A program made the translations under genes and the position numbers. From Eutreptiella sp. 'Long Island Sound 2002' (Eukaryota; Protista; Euglenida), in contig OZ038378.1 in NCBI GenBank assembly GCA_964036045.1, positions 165,974,001-166,038,000 of the forward strand: a stretch of 64,000 nucleotides of DNA. The letters are read 5' to 3'. The number at the start of each line of letters is the position of its first letter. Position 1 is the first letter of the stretch. Below, piece after piece: positions 63,701 to 64,000 of this stretch. The notes under the pieces were generated by a model. That model made no database searches and had not been told where the DNA came from. It was given only the letters and a program-made list of their open reading frames with translations.

Positions 63701-64000
63701 TGCTCTGTGAGTGTATGTCGGGGCCAGGGGACCCCTGCAAACATCACTGCCACTCAGCGTCCACCACAGCCCTCGGCTTTGACATGATTCGGGGGGAAAC
63801 GGGTAAAGGACTAGCGTACCTACACCCCAGCGCGCTCTCATCAACCTGGAGTTTGAAGAGTGCACCCCCCCTCCTGTCCCCTGCAAGCGCCTATCCCGCT
63901 TACCTGCCGGGTATCATGACGGGCGCTTTGAGCAATGCACGCCCTTGGGCCACGACATGGGCAGGGGAGCTGCTGTCCCTCTCTGCTTGGTTACAGATAG
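60742..64000 (+). pseudogene. ORF2 of the element (about 340-aa unknown N-region, GIY-YIG, CxC, RT); one reading frame with three in-frame stops
   Basis: Hand translation of frame +1 shows no frameshift up to the window end. Stops occur only at 61993 (TAG), 62017 (TGA) and 62509 (TGA). The supplied ORF track misses 62512-64000 because that segment has no stop inside the window. Confidence 0.85.

Larger units (their letters stand above)
58905..64000 (+). mobile_element. Two-ORF Penelope-like retroelement of the N-terminal-endonuclease (Naiad/Chlamys-like) type; slightly decayed; runs off the window
   Basis: ORF2 has GIY-YIG (AVY 61768, YVG 61807, RLRKH, ERHW), CxC (CKC 62422-62430), PLE-type DKG (62734), LYLLGKFK...WRGITS, motif A EVDCKDQFNNI, motif B CIPMGGSFSAQAADL and motif C QFRDNIL. 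An upstream ORF1 carries CCHC knuckles. Confidence 0.88.

Overview
Repeat-rich eukaryotic nuclear DNA, most likely a euglenid (Euglenozoa): a near-perfect copy of the euglenid spliced leader lies at 7730-7753 (-). Two intron-containing genes point away from each other across about 8.4 kb. The first is a 7-exon cyclic-nucleotide-binding-domain ion channel (-, 32476->13151, 1037 aa) with an atypical TVGLTD pore filter. The second is importin-4 (+, six exons from 40865 to 46751; the C-terminal exon(s) are not found in the window). All 11 reconstructed introns are GT-AG and in phase. An intronless TPR ORF (5723-7708, -) begins right after the relict spliced leader and looks like a retrocopy. The most novel element is at 58.9-64 kb. 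It is a Penelope-like retroelement with the permuted Naiad/Chlamys-type order (GIY-YIG, CxC linker, RT), preceded by a separate ORF1 with five zinc-knuckle-like motifs and a coiled coil. The two ORFs overlap at an in-phase T_TTA_AAT -1 slippery site. A small element with identical 123-bp pseudoknot-forming terminal repeats (34029-34857) carries a remnant resembling the same RT C-terminus. The rest is microsatellites, minisatellites, a 10-kb satellite, a TA-flanked pogo-like TIR element, foldback-type repeats and decayed coding fragments. All alignments and translations were done by eye; no database searches were run.
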